This document shows positions 1 through 9,664 of a stretch of 64,000 nt of DNA, piece by piece. Under the pieces are notes generated by a model. That model made no database searches, was not told where the DNA came from, and was given only the letters and a program-made list of their open reading frames with translations. This stretch comes from a virus (Duplodnaviria > Caudoviricetes): the IMG/VR virus record IMGVR_UViG_3300020036_004254. One strand, 5' to 3'. Within the stretch, counting starts at the first letter, position 1, and each line of letters opens with the position of its first letter. Both the position numbers and the translations under genes were made by a program.

Positions 1-7
1 TTGACCC

Positions 8-37
8 TTGACAAGTACCAATCGATGTAGTAGGTTA
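8..37 (+). promoter_or_regulatory. sigma70-like promoter for the first ncRNA/tRNA array
   Basis: CCC-TTGACA at 8-13 with TAGGTT about 18 nt downstream; same form as >20 other CCCTTGACA promoters in the window. Confidence 0.6.
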
Positions 38-41
38 GATG

Positions 42-159
42 TGCATCACACAATGTGCCGATTCGGAATAAATGAAAATAATGGGGCAAAGGGCAAGGTT
101 CGTGGGTCACAATCTCCCCCATCTAAGTAACTCAAAAGTCTAACGGGTTGTGTGATGCA
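42..159 (+). ncRNA. putative small structured RNA
   Basis: 12-bp terminal helix TGCATCACACAA (42-53)/TTGTGTGATGCA (148-159) lying between the promoter and tRNA-Leu. Confidence 0.5.
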
Positions 160-163
160 TTTT

Positions 164-246
164 GCGGGTGTGGTGAAAATGGCGAGACGCAGTGGACTTA
201 AAATCCACCGCCGCAAGGCATGAGGGTTCGATTCCCTCCACCCGCA
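164..246 (+). tRNA. tRNA-Leu(TAA)
   Basis: cloverleaf; anticodon arm GTGGA-CT-TAA-AA-TCCAC; long variable arm; TTCGA T-loop. Confidence 0.95.
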
Positions 247-249
247 TAC

Positions 250-356
250 GTCGAGACTTTAGGTGTGGCCTGAAAAGCCAACTATTAGAGATACAAGACA
301 ACGCCAAGGCTGGGAGGCTTGCTGGTGTTGAAAACGTGACTCCCATCACGCTCGGC
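250..356 (+). ncRNA. putative small structured RNA between tRNAs
   Basis: GTCGAG/CTCGGC closing stem plus internal hairpins (CAACGCC/GGTGTTG, CGTGA/TCACG). Confidence 0.4.
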
Positions 357-364
357 AACATTTC

Positions 365-439
365 GCCCTCTTAGCTCAGGTGGATTAGAGCGAGAGACTT
401 CTAATCTCTAGGTCGTAGGTTCGAGTCCTACAGGGGGCA
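365..439 (+). tRNA. tRNA-Arg(TCT)
   Basis: cloverleaf; AGAGA-CT-TCT-AA-TCTCT. Confidence 0.95.
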
Positions 440-462
440 TCATCATTTTTTATGGAGATACA

Positions 463-1095
463 ATGAATAACGATATGTACATTGAACTGTTGGAAAAGGA
501 AGTGGAACGTCTCAAGCGTGAGTTGTCTTCTCTTAGGGAGGGAAATGACAATCTTCCTCTCCCAGATGGAGTGGTAGAAATTCCTACTAAGTCTTCGTAT
601 TTAACTTTGGTCAAGCCTATTCCGGTAGATGATGTTGAAGAAAAGCCAGAAACCATCTTGGAGAAGGTAAAGGATTTTCTTGATGTTTCAACGGCCAAAG
701 ATATTCCGGTAGAGCGGTTTGATGCCATGTTTGAACAAGGCAAAACCATCATTGAAGCGGACAACTATGGATTTACTCCTTCGTGGGATGTGTGGTGTGA
801 TTCAGACGCAGGGCTTCATGTTCCAAAAGGAGCTACGCCGTGTTTTGAATTAGTTCGGGGTTGTTCTGGGTACGCGCTTGCCGAGTCCTTTATGTTCGAG
901 GGACTGGTTTACAACATGGATAAACGGGCACCAAAAATGTTTTCCACGGTTGATGAAATGCGAGAGTACGCCAAGACGTTGTTTGCCGTATTCTTGGCCT
1001 ATGTCTGGGTGTCACCCCTTGACAAAGTCACTCCCCGGTATTTCATTCTAGGGTGTCAGAAGGAAGATGGATTCATCCCAACCCATGGACTATGA
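463..1095 (+). CDS. hypothetical protein
   Basis: 210-aa ORF with GGAG RBS. Confidence 0.75.
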   Translation: MNNDMYIELLEKEVERLKRELSSLREGNDNLPLPDGVVEIPTKSSYLTLVKPIPVDDVEEKPETILEKVKDFLDVSTAKDIPVERFDAMFEQGKTIIEADNYGFTPSWDVWCDSDAGLHVPKGATPCFELVRGCSGYALAESFMFEGLVYNMDKRAPKMFSTVDEMREYAKTLFAVFLAYVWVSPLDKVTPRYFILGCQKEDGFIPTHGL

Positions 1096-1283
1096 GAGTT
1101 TGTGACGTACCTTGGAAAGATTTGAAAGTAGGTGATGTGGTAATCTCTGCCACTGGTAAGTCTGGAAAGATAACTGATTTACGCTCACAAGATGATACGA
1201 TTTGTATCGATTGGGATAATGACCAAACGAGTGTCGCATATCATCATCAGTTAGACAAAGTCACATTTGTGAAAGGGGACTAA
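1092..1283 (+). CDS. small KOW/SH3-like hypothetical protein
   Basis: LKVGDVV...GKI pattern; overlaps the upstream stop. Confidence 0.55.
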   Translation: MRVCDVPWKDLKVGDVVISATGKSGKITDLRSQDDTICIDWDNDQTSVAYHHQLDKVTFVKGD

Positions 1284-1453
1284 ATCATGGATAACTGGTC
1301 TGCGGAAAAAGAAGGAATTTTGGGGGACGCCCGAGCGATTTACTTCTGTGCCAATCGCGCCGAGTACGACAAAACCAACCCCCAAGAAGTTTGGTTTGTG
1401 AAACGTGCTAGAGAAATTGCCGAGAAACTTGAATGGAAAGGGGCACAACAGGG

Positions 1454-1978
1454 ATGAGTAAACCAGTGCTGTATCTTGACGTAGACGGGGTTCTGATTCA
1501 GTTTCGTGAAGACAGAACCCGTTTACATTATGAAATGCATAAGGGTGGGTTTCCGGCCAATCGTGTTGGAGACTTCTTGAAATGGGCTGACGAGAACTTT
1601 GAAGTGCGCTGGCTCACTTCATGGGCTATGCACGGGGTTATGCGCCCAGAAAGAAAGCTGGCTCTTGAGGCTATCCTATGGGAAACTTTGCCGAATTGGG
1701 ACAATCCATTGTCATGGGCGAGTGGAGAAAAGGTTGATGGTATTGATTACAAAGACCCGCGTACATGGTTCTGGGTAGACGATGAAACCAAGCGGGACCG
1801 CCCGTTGCTTCCAGAGAATTATGGAAATCGTCTTATCAAAACCAACTCCTCGGTCAACCCAAATGCCTTGTGTTACACGGCACTTGAACTGTACTACCGT
1901 CGTGGAATGTGTAATATTGCCTATCCAGAATTTGCTAGTGATTATGAGTACCTGAACCCACCAGACTTCTATGAGTAA
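1454..1978 (+). CDS. HAD-superfamily phosphatase (RNA-repair-associated HAD type)
   Basis: LYLDVDGVL motif I, WLTSW and WVDD motifs. Confidence 0.8.
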   Translation: MSKPVLYLDVDGVLIQFREDRTRLHYEMHKGGFPANRVGDFLKWADENFEVRWLTSWAMHGVMRPERKLALEAILWETLPNWDNPLSWASGEKVDGIDYKDPRTWFWVDDETKRDRPLLPENYGNRLIKTNSSVNPNALCYTALELYYRRGMCNIAYPEFASDYEYLNPPDFYE

Positions 1979-2474
1979 CAGCACTGTTGAAATTGAGCGT
2001 AAGTACACCGCAAAGATTATCGGGGCAATCCCGGTTCATGAGGTGGTGTGGTCTACGCAGGGGTATATCGCCGTTCGTCCCAAATGGGAGTGGCGTATTC
2101 GAAAGCTGGACAAAAAAGATAAGGATGGCTGGATTCGGCACACGTGGTATACGGCCATTAAGATTGGGAATGGGTTTGTTCGTCGGGAGTTTGAGACAAA
2201 GGTTCCCGCGTGGTTTGGGAGATTTTTGATGTCATTCATCGACAAACCCATCATCAAACGGAGAACCCATAGTCATGGGTGGGAAATTGATGAGTTTATC
2301 GCTCCTTCAAGACTTAATGGATTGGTGTTGGTGGAAGCGGAGATTGCTGATGTCTCACACGACATGCCACCGCATCCGAGCGGGATTAAAATCATTGAAG
2401 ATGTTACCGAACACGGTGGGTATTCGAACAAAAATCTATATAGATATGGACTTCCTAAAGGGGTGACTCTATGA
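1971..2474 (+). CDS. CYTH-domain (triphosphate tunnel) protein
   Basis: N-terminal EIERKY, QGY, REFE, K.R, EID.F, E.E and YSN motifs. Confidence 0.8.
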   Translation: MSNSTVEIERKYTAKIIGAIPVHEVVWSTQGYIAVRPKWEWRIRKLDKKDKDGWIRHTWYTAIKIGNGFVRREFETKVPAWFGRFLMSFIDKPIIKRRTHSHGWEIDEFIAPSRLNGLVLVEAEIADVSHDMPPHPSGIKIIEDVTEHGGYSNKNLYRYGLPKGVTL

Positions 2475-2734
2475 GTAAGCAAGATGTAATTCGCATCGAA
2501 AAGACCGTTGATGTAGTCTACATGGATGAAAAAATCGACGGGGAAAGCATTCTCAGAGGAATTCTAGATAATTGGGAAATGCACCAAGATGGCTTTCGGA
2601 GATATACCATCGGGGACTTTTCATTGTACGACGATTTCGAAAATAGTTTTTGGAAAAAGTTTGACGATATTTTGATGAGCGAGAAATACGGGTTAAAAGA
2701 TGGTGAATCTGTCGTGTTGTTGGTTTGGTGGTAG
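2471..2734 (+). CDS. hypothetical protein
   Basis: coupled ORF in the operon. Confidence 0.6.
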   Translation: MSKQDVIRIEKTVDVVYMDEKIDGESILRGILDNWEMHQDGFRRYTIGDFSLYDDFENSFWKKFDDILMSEKYGLKDGESVVLLVWW

Positions 2735-3093
2735 AATACGACCTTGTGTTGATTGTATCTGGGGACCGGAACTGGACTGACCGAGAAAAGATTCGTCAGG
2801 TCTTGACAGAGTTCAATCCCCAGACTACATTGCTTGTAGAGGGTGGGGCGAGAGGAGCGGACAGCTTGGCTCGGCAAGAGGGAAGGAAGCTTGGTTTCGA
2901 GGTGATTACCGTTAAGGCAGACTGGTATAAATATGGGAAAGCCGCTGGTCCAATTCGAAATAAGGTAATGTACGACACGTACAAACCTGATGGAATCTTG
3001 GCGTTTCATTCCAACATTGCAGAATCCAAGGGGACCAAACATATGATTGAACTGGCCGAAAAAGGTGGGACTCCGGTGAGGCTGACGGTATGA
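2725..3093 (+). CDS. SLOG-superfamily (DUF2493/YspA-like) protein
   Basis: SGDR, GGARGAD, ADW..YGKAAGPIRN and S.GT..M motifs. Confidence 0.85.
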   Translation: MVVEYDLVLIVSGDRNWTDREKIRQVLTEFNPQTTLLVEGGARGADSLARQEGRKLGFEVITVKADWYKYGKAAGPIRNKVMYDTYKPDGILAFHSNIAESKGTKHMIELAEKGGTPVRLTV

Positions 3094-3261
3094 AAGAGAA
3101 AAGGTGTTCCCGGTGCAATCAACGTATTATTGTGGAATCAAATTCAAGGGTTCCGTACTTTTGCTCTGAGCGATGCAATGACCTGTGGGATAAAGAGTTG
3201 GCGTATCAGGAGCAAATGACTGATGCGGAAGGGGCTGATTACGACCTGAGGGAGTACTGAA

Positions 3262-3522
3262 ATGATAAAGTTTCGTCGGCACGTTCCAAATTTCGTAGAA
3301 CTTGATAAGATGCCAGAAATCCAAGAATTCGATTTTGTCGATTCTATGCTCAACGACGAATGGATTGGGGGATTTCGAAAGATTCCAAATAACTTCTATC
3401 GTTTTTCTATCTCCGGTCACTATCTGATGGCAGAATACGATAACGGGAAGGTTTGGTGGGTTGTTGGTTATGTTGTTGAGGGTGATGTAACATCACTCCC
3501 AGATTGGGTGCCAAAGAAATAG
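3262..3522 (+). CDS. hypothetical protein
   Basis: 86-aa ORF with GGAG RBS. Confidence 0.6.
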   Translation: MIKFRRHVPNFVELDKMPEIQEFDFVDSMLNDEWIGGFRKIPNNFYRFSISGHYLMAEYDNGKVWWVVGYVVEGDVTSLPDWVPKK

Positions 3523-3606
3523 GAAGTGTGACCGGAATGGTAACGGCCAGTCCTGCTAAGACTGCGTCTCGCAAGGGACATCAGAGTTCGACTCTCTGCG
3601 CTTCCG
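3522..3606 (+). tRNA. tRNA-Ser(GCT)
   Basis: CAGTC-CT-GCT-AA-GACTG; long variable arm. Confidence 0.93.
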
Positions 3607-3639
3607 TTGTAAGTAAACATTTAACAGGAGTTTTTTTAT

Positions 3640-3828
3640 ATGCACGATAAGAATGGTAAGTTGATTTCGGTTGGGGATACGGTAAGATTGGTTGGTAAAG
3701 TGACTAATTGTGCTACTGGTGATGGTTCGTTTTGCTCTGTTCAAGTTGAGCTTGAGGGAGATTGGGACGGTAAGGGGAATCTTGGTTCCACTTGGTGTTC
3801 CGCTAAACAGGTTGAAGTGGTAGAGTAA
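3640..3828 (+). CDS. small KOW/SH3-like protein (paralog 1)
   Basis: MHDKNG..ISVGD.V; AGGAG RBS. Confidence 0.65.
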   Translation: MHDKNGKLISVGDTVRLVGKVTNCATGDGSFCSVQVELEGDWDGKGNLGSTWCSAKQVEVVE

Positions 3829-3829
3829 C

Positions 3830-4012
3830 ATGAGAGACGCAAACAGCATTCCGATTTCGGTTGGTGACTATGTCACTATTGTCGGACGGGTTTCAAGAGT
3901 TGGCGAGCTAGGAGAAACTTTTCCAATTCGTGTTGAAATCGTTGGGAAGAATGGAGCAATCGAGAATGTCCACTTCTCTCCTGAGTCGTTGAGAGTTTCT
4001 GTACCAGCGTAA
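3830..4012 (+). CDS. small KOW/SH3-like protein (paralog 2)
   Basis: MRDANS..ISVGD.V; tandem paralog of 3640..3828. Confidence 0.6.
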   Translation: MRDANSIPISVGDYVTIVGRVSRVGELGETFPIRVEIVGKNGAIENVHFSPESLRVSVPA

Positions 4013-4016
4013 ATTC

Positions 4017-4089
4017 GCGGGTGAAGTTCATATGGTTGAACACTGGTCTTCCAAACCAGTTGTAGTGGGTTCGAATCCCATCACCCGCT
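4017..4089 (+). tRNA. tRNA-Gly(TCC)
   Basis: CTGGT-CT-TCC-AA-ACCAG. Confidence 0.95.
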
Positions 4090-4112
4090 CTACAATTTTT
4101 TAGGAGAAGACA

Positions 4113-4844
4113 GTGATTTACGTGTGGGGAGATTGCCACGGAAACTTTGAGGCGGTGCAGAGAATGAACCGCTTCTGCACACCAGAGGATATCATCATTC
4201 AGGTGGGTGACCTTTCGACCAACGTTTCAACCAAGATGATTTGGGAACAGTTGTATCCGTCTGTGGTGCCTACCGTGCTGTACATCGATGGTAACCATGA
4301 AGACCACGACCTGATTGACACATGGCCCAAGCATGAGCCATATCAAGTGGCTAAGAATCTCTTCTACGTCCCTCGTGGTATGGTTCTGACCTTGGAAGGC
4401 TTTCGCATCGGGTTCTTGGGTGGTGCCGAGTCTGTTGATAAGTACCGTCGCAACCTTGAGGGTCAACCCAAGACTTGGTGGGCGCAGGAAGGTATTCGGC
4501 AGGATGATGTGGACCGTTTGGTGAAGAATGCGGGTGGAAAGGATTTGGATTTCCTCATTACACACGCCCCACCCAACTCTGCTAAGATGGGGATGTTTCC
4601 CAAGATTGATACAGAGAAGTGGGATTTGCCAAGCAACTGGACCGACCAATCATGCCAGTTTGTTGATGTGGCAATGGTCCTAACAAACCCAAAGAAGGTA
4701 TTCTGCGGTCACATGCACAAGTCGGTAAAGGTTAACAACGTTCAAATTCTTGCCATTGATGAGGTAGTTCCGCTATATGATTTGTACACACCAATGGAAA
4801 GAACTGCGGAAACGGGTGACACCACCGAGACACGCGAACTTTGA
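4113..4844 (+). CDS. calcineurin-like metallophosphoesterase
   Basis: GDCHG, GD, GNHE, THAPP and GHMH motifs. Confidence 0.9.
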   Translation: MIYVWGDCHGNFEAVQRMNRFCTPEDIIIQVGDLSTNVSTKMIWEQLYPSVVPTVLYIDGNHEDHDLIDTWPKHEPYQVAKNLFYVPRGMVLTLEGFRIGFLGGAESVDKYRRNLEGQPKTWWAQEGIRQDDVDRLVKNAGGKDLDFLITHAPPNSAKMGMFPKIDTEKWDLPSNWTDQSCQFVDVAMVLTNPKKVFCGHMHKSVKVNNVQILAIDEVVPLYDLYTPMERTAETGDTTETREL

Positions 4845-4976
4845 GATTCGATTCAATCGTTGTTCGGAGTGTGGAAATGTTGAAGCCACACCCGAACAAC
4901 GAAAGAAGAACAGAAAACAAGCCAACCACGCATTTAACAAACACAGATTGAGTACCACTTCACTATGGGGACCGCA

Positions 4977-5594
4977 ATGAATCAGGTAATGTCAGAATTT
5001 AATGCTTATCGTAGTATGCTAGAGCGAATCAAACTTGACCCTCGGTACATGGAAGGGATTGAGTATGGCAAACCCCGTCCGGGTCACGCGGAAGGAACGG
5101 TCAAGGCGCATATTGCGGAGCTTGAAGAGAATCTCAACGTTCTTCGTGAAAGAAATTGGCTGATGGAGGGGGATTACGAGAAGCTGATGATTCTCATCCA
5201 TGTCCATGACACGTTCAAGTACGCTTCAGCACGAAACGTGTCTATCGTGGCTCCTGACAGTCACTCTACACTGGCCAAGAACTTCCTTGCGGAGTTTACG
5301 TCCGATTCGGACCTGCTTAACATTTGTCAGTATCATGATGTGGGCTACTCCATTTTCCGCAAGTTCAAGAGCAAGGGTGTCTTCGATTCAACTCGCTTGA
5401 ACGAAGTTGTCAATAGCATTGAGGACATTGAACTGTTCTTGATGTTCGCCATCATCGATTCTTGCACTAAGGGAAAGGGGCGAGAGGCTATCAAGTGGTT
5501 GGTCAGCGAAGTCTGTGCGGCATATCCATTTTGTTCAGTGGACGCAGATTGGATTTTGGACCCTGACAATATTCCGACAGACGGGTCGTGGTAA
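4977..5594 (+). CDS. HD-domain phosphohydrolase
   Basis: H.EGTV..H, HD.FK, H..L, HD and D motifs. Confidence 0.75.
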   Translation: MNQVMSEFNAYRSMLERIKLDPRYMEGIEYGKPRPGHAEGTVKAHIAELEENLNVLRERNWLMEGDYEKLMILIHVHDTFKYASARNVSIVAPDSHSTLAKNFLAEFTSDSDLLNICQYHDVGYSIFRKFKSKGVFDSTRLNEVVNSIEDIELFLMFAIIDSCTKGKGREAIKWLVSEVCAAYPFCSVDADWILDPDNIPTDGSW

Positions 5595-5831
5595 ATGACA
5601 AAATCATTCGGACTACCATATATTGGAAATTTTGAAAATGCACTCAAGCTGTCTTCAAAAGAGCGTGACGATTACATCAACAAGGTGTTTGAATACCTTG
5701 AGAAACACCCAAAAGAACCATACTATTACATTGGCACTGGTGACACCATGGTCTTTGGGTTCAATCATGAAGACGAGATTATTGTGATTGATTGCATTCA
5801 CCGTCGTGAAATCTCTGTGTCAAAACGATAA
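5595..5831 (+). CDS. hypothetical protein
   Basis: 78-aa ORF abutting the upstream gene. Confidence 0.6.
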   Translation: MTKSFGLPYIGNFENALKLSSKERDDYINKVFEYLEKHPKEPYYYIGTGDTMVFGFNHEDEIIVIDCIHRREISVSKR

Positions 5832-5952
5832 TGCAAGTCATCCCTAGTGCGTTTAGGAGCGACCAGATTATTCTCACACGGTGGGAACTCATCAAGCTCT
5901 TTTTCGGTCAGTGGGTTCGTGATGGGGCAACCATTGTGAGAGTAGAATAAAC

Positions 5953-6024
5953 GCCTCTATAGTTTAGTTGGCAAAATCCGTTCCTCGTAAGAATGAGTCA
6001 TCGGTTCAATTCCGTTTGGAGGCT
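5953..6024 (+). tRNA. tRNA-Thr(CGT)
   Basis: CGTTC-CT-CGT-AA-GAATG. Confidence 0.88.
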
Positions 6025-6034
6025 TACACATCGT

Positions 6035-6108
6035 GCGACACTAGCTCAATTGGATAGAGTTCCCGAATCCTACTCGGGCGGTTGAAGGTTCGAATCCTTC
6101 GTGTTGCG
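6035..6108 (+). tRNA. tRNA-Arg(CCT)
   Basis: CCCGA-AT-CCT-AC-TCGGG. Confidence 0.88.
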
Positions 6109-6209
6109 TATGGTAGTTTAAATCGCGGAAACGGAAGAACTATGAACCCTTGACAAATGGAGTACATGGGTTTACAATGAAGTATCACCATTTATCATGA
6201 GAGGATGTA

Positions 6210-6767
6210 ATGAACGAAGTAGAACTTGCAAAGGAACTAACTGAGATTGAAAGGCAAGAAGCATTCAACAAGCATTATCGAATGGTTTTGAATATGTCAA
6301 ATGGGGTTTTTCAAGACCCTGATGTGGAATATCATCCTCTTGATACTCCTAAGAAGGTCTTCCGTGTCACTGAGCGCACTCCGTGGGGCAACAAGGGGGT
6401 GTGGGAACTTCCGGTTCCGCGTCCAGAAGTGACGTTGACCGAAGAGGAACAGGCGACTAAGACCGCGCTTCTCAAGGAAGAGGAAGACAAAATCGCCGCC
6501 GAGCGAGCGGTGGTGGACGGATGGTGGGCCAAGGTGCTTGAGCGAAACGACGGTGGGTTTGTGCATTCCTCAATCAGTTTGGCAGAGGAATATCCACACG
6601 AGTTGCTCAAGAGCAAGAAGATTGACGCAAACAAAGTCTGGAAGCTTCGTGGTCAATTTGCACGACCCGCCAAGGAAAGTCATTCCAAGGGAAAGACGTT
6701 TGTAGTGAGTGGTCAGACCTATCGCGTGGGGTTTGACGGCTCGTGGAGGAAGACGGCCAATGTCTGA
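6210..6767 (+). CDS. hypothetical protein
   Basis: 185-aa ORF behind the TTGACA(6150)-TACAAT promoter. Confidence 0.75.
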   Translation: MNEVELAKELTEIERQEAFNKHYRMVLNMSNGVFQDPDVEYHPLDTPKKVFRVTERTPWGNKGVWELPVPRPEVTLTEEEQATKTALLKEEEDKIAAERAVVDGWWAKVLERNDGGFVHSSISLAEEYPHELLKSKKIDANKVWKLRGQFARPAKESHSKGKTFVVSGQTYRVGFDGSWRKTANV

Positions 6768-6840
6768 AGTGGTTCAAATAATTTGTACAACGATTGTTAT
6801 TTTGGCATTCTTGTACTTCTCTAGCGACCGACGCGAATAA

Positions 6841-8217
6841 ATGATTCTCTACATTTTGTTTTCCGTCTTGATTGTGTTGGGTATTGGTCTTGGAATTAAG
6901 TATTTCACAGACCAGAAGACCAACGATTACAAGTCCATTACCAAGTTGGAATATGTGTGGGCGTCCCTGATTATCTCCTTGCTGGTCATTCCTGCCATTA
7001 CCACAATTTCGTGGAACGTGAGCAAGAACAACCAAATGACGTATGTGGAACACCTGAACGGGTGGGAAACCAAGTGTAATCTTGAGCGTATTCGGTGCAG
7101 TCGGGATGGTCCGTGTCAGAACACGTATCAGTGTGACCCCTATCTTGTTTCTGTAAGTTATTCGTGTGGGGATTCAAAAAACCCACAGACTTGTACGAGA
7201 CTGGAAACTCGTTATCATAACTGCCCGTATGCCAAGGAAGAGTGGACCTATACCGTGTCTACCACTCTTGGGGAATATACGATTGATTCCCATCGATTCC
7301 CGACTGATTACGCCACTAACCCGTGGAGAATCGGTGAGGTTGCTTCGCTGAGTTTGGCACGGGAGGTTGGGGTGGGAAATCCTGATGTGTGGGAAGATGT
7401 CAGGGACCGTTTGTTGCACGATATCGCAGGACCAGTCACCAAGCTTCACACGTATGAGAATTACGTGTTGGCGTCCCAGATGACGGTGCTAAAGACTTCT
7501 GTACAAAATGATATTGCTGAGTTTCAAAAGGATAAGCTACTTCCGCCCATCAAGCGAGACATCGTTGGGCATTATTGGATGGACAATGTGTACAACGTGA
7601 ATTCTCCGTCCCCAGCAGGATTTCGGGATGCGGCGGCACGGTTGGCGTCGAGTTTGGGGACCACGAGACAGGGTGACATTCGGATTGTACTGACGAACCA
7701 CCCCAAGATTCACGGGAACCCGGATTTGTACACGAATACGTTACACGCCTTTTGGCAGTCTCGTGAGTTGCAGGGAAACAACCACGCACTTCCTAAGAAT
7801 GCCTTGGTGGTGGTGATTGGGACGGATGGAAAACAGGTGTTGTGGTCCCGTGCCTTTACAGGAATGCCTGTTGGCAACGAGGCTCTGGTGGCATCGTTCA
7901 ACACACGGTTGGTGGGTCTTCCGTATCAAACGGATAGTTTGATTGGATTTCTTCGACACCGAAATGGGGCCAACGTGGGTCTTGACACCTTGGGGAAGAT
8001 GAGTTACCTTGCATTACAGTCTCAGATGGCGTACAAGCGTGAGAATATGGGATACTATAGCTATCTCCGGGGAGATATCCAACCGACTCAGTCGGCCAAA
8101 GTGTGGTCCGTGATTTTTTCGATTCTCCTCGGTGGGTTGTTCTGGTTAGTCCCGTTGCACATGCATTGTTCGACTGAAGAGAAGAGAAAAACAAACCTTT
8201 ATCCGTGGAGAACATAA
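6841..8217 (+). CDS. membrane protein with Cys-rich segment and possible TPM-like domain
   Basis: two N-terminal and one C-terminal hydrophobic helices; large soluble domain with K.N.LVVVIG. Confidence 0.7.
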   Translation: MILYILFSVLIVLGIGLGIKYFTDQKTNDYKSITKLEYVWASLIISLLVIPAITTISWNVSKNNQMTYVEHLNGWETKCNLERIRCSRDGPCQNTYQCDPYLVSVSYSCGDSKNPQTCTRLETRYHNCPYAKEEWTYTVSTTLGEYTIDSHRFPTDYATNPWRIGEVASLSLAREVGVGNPDVWEDVRDRLLHDIAGPVTKLHTYENYVLASQMTVLKTSVQNDIAEFQKDKLLPPIKRDIVGHYWMDNVYNVNSPSPAGFRDAAARLASSLGTTRQGDIRIVLTNHPKIHGNPDLYTNTLHAFWQSRELQGNNHALPKNALVVVIGTDGKQVLWSRAFTGMPVGNEALVASFNTRLVGLPYQTDSLIGFLRHRNGANVGLDTLGKMSYLALQSQMAYKRENMGYYSYLRGDIQPTQSAKVWSVIFSILLGGLFWLVPLHMHCSTEEKRKTNLYPWRT

Positions 8218-8858
8218 TGGATTTCCTGAAGAACACGAAGTGGCTGGTGGCGATTGGTCTGGCGGTGGTCACGGTTTTTAGCGCAGTTGGGTTTTATGGA
8301 TACGTGAACGGGCTTCGTTCAGAGGGTATCCAGCAGGAGACTGCGCTGTCTGCCCAGTACGAGTCCAACCAGAACGAGCTTTCGGCCTATGTGACTTCGT
8401 TCTATGAGCAGGTTGGTGTGGCAAATCTTAAGTCAGCCAAGCTGGACACGATTCTTCGTCACGCCATTGAGGGGCGGTACGGGGATGATGGGTTCTCTGC
8501 AAACGGAGCGTTTTTCTCGGCAGTCACCGAGAGCTATCCGGACCTGACCAAGAATCTTCAGTTGTTTGATGACATTGCGATTTTCGTTCGCTCGGGTCGT
8601 GAGGCATTCAAGGGGAAGCAGAACCAGTTGATTGACCGCGCACGGGTCTACAAGACCTTCCTGAACGATGGTCTGGTGCAGAGCATGGTGGTCAAGAGCT
8701 TGCTGGGGTTCCCGTCCAACGTGCTTGAGGCTCGCATTGGTGGAAAGGTCGTGGCTCGTGGCCCTGAGGCGTTTGAAGCGATTCAGAACATTGTCATCAC
8801 CGGAAGCACCGCCGAGGCATTCACCACGGGACGGCAAGAGCCGCTGGCGATTAAGTAA
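8217..8858 (+). CDS. LemA-like membrane-anchored protein
   Basis: N-terminal TM helix, coiled coil, E.YP.L motif, GFP near the C-terminus. Confidence 0.55.
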   Translation: MDFLKNTKWLVAIGLAVVTVFSAVGFYGYVNGLRSEGIQQETALSAQYESNQNELSAYVTSFYEQVGVANLKSAKLDTILRHAIEGRYGDDGFSANGAFFSAVTESYPDLTKNLQLFDDIAIFVRSGREAFKGKQNQLIDRARVYKTFLNDGLVQSMVVKSLLGFPSNVLEARIGGKVVARGPEAFEAIQNIVITGSTAEAFTTGRQEPLAIK

Positions 8859-9181
8859 TGAAGCTCTACGCGCTAGTGACCATTACCAATAACAAACAAA
8901 AACTTGATGTGGATGGTCACTTTTATAGCCACTGGGATTCGCGGTGTGTTGGGATTTACGAACATTTGCAAAATGCATTGTTTGATGTGGAACAAAACAC
9001 ATTTGACATCCATGAAGAGGGGGAGTATCCCTTTGCAGTAGTGGAACCCCTAGAGTCAGACGTTGTGTATGGGTTGGGTAAGAGTGAAGATAAACAGATT
9101 TGGTTTGAGTGGAAAAATGGTGGTTATTGCCGCTGTGAAACCCCAAAAAAGTTTATTTCGATTTGTTCTTTCTGGGGTTAA
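8858..9181 (+). CDS. hypothetical protein
   Basis: coupled ORF (TAATG overlap). Confidence 0.65.
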   Translation: MKLYALVTITNNKQKLDVDGHFYSHWDSRCVGIYEHLQNALFDVEQNTFDIHEEGEYPFAVVEPLESDVVYGLGKSEDKQIWFEWKNGGYCRCETPKKFISICSFWG

Positions 9182-9201
9182 CAAAACCTGTATAAATAGA
9201 T

Positions 9202-9295
9202 AGGGTGGTAGGGGTGCAAAGTTTCTACAGATGTAATCAGACTGACAGAGTACCCTAACAAGCGTCCGTCCACAATAACCCACGGCGTCCACCCT
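9202..9295 (+). ncRNA. putative small structured RNA under a T4 late promoter
   Basis: TATAAATA at 9191; AGGGTGG/CCACCCT closing stem; ends 3 nt before tRNA-Thr. Confidence 0.5.
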
Positions 9296-9298
9296 TTC

Positions 9299-9370
9299 GC
9301 CCTAGTAGTTCAGTGGCAGAATGCTTCCTTGGTAAGGAAGAGGTCGTGAGTTCAATCCTCACCTAGGGCT
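9299..9370 (+). tRNA. tRNA-Thr(GGT)
   Basis: CTTCC-TT-GGT-AA-GGAAG. Confidence 0.95.
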
Positions 9371-9404
9371 TGACAAATCGCAGGACATGTAGTACCTTGT
9401 ATAC

Positions 9405-9515
9405 GTTGGGGAAAGGAAGCGACACGCAAAGGCGTGGAAGGAGTCAAACCTTCAGCAACCCCGTTTGTGGTGGTCGGGTCTTTAACCCGCCATTTGACCC
9501 ACAGACTCACCCAAC
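9405..9515 (+). ncRNA. putative small structured RNA
   Basis: own TTGACA promoter (9370); GTTGGG/CCCAAC closure; hairpins CACGC/GCGTG, GAAGG/CCTTC, GTTTGTGG/CCACAGAC. Confidence 0.5.
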
Positions 9516-9520
9516 ATTAT

Positions 9521-9592
9521 TCCCCGCTCGTCTAGTGGCTAAGGCTTCGCACTTTGGATGCGATAACGTCAGTTCGATTCTGACGCGGGGTA
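9521..9592 (+). tRNA. tRNA-Gln(TTG)
   Basis: TCGCA-CT-TTG-GA-TGCGA. Confidence 0.9.
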
Positions 9593-9664
9593 TAGGTTGC
9601 CAGTGTGTTTTTCGAAGTGTAAACTTGTATAAATACCCATGTACAGTTTACTTTCGAGGATTAC

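Noticed and set aside
9405-9515. SRP RNA
   Set aside because: GGAAGC is present but the conserved domain IV context (CAGG...GNRA...AGCAG) is not.
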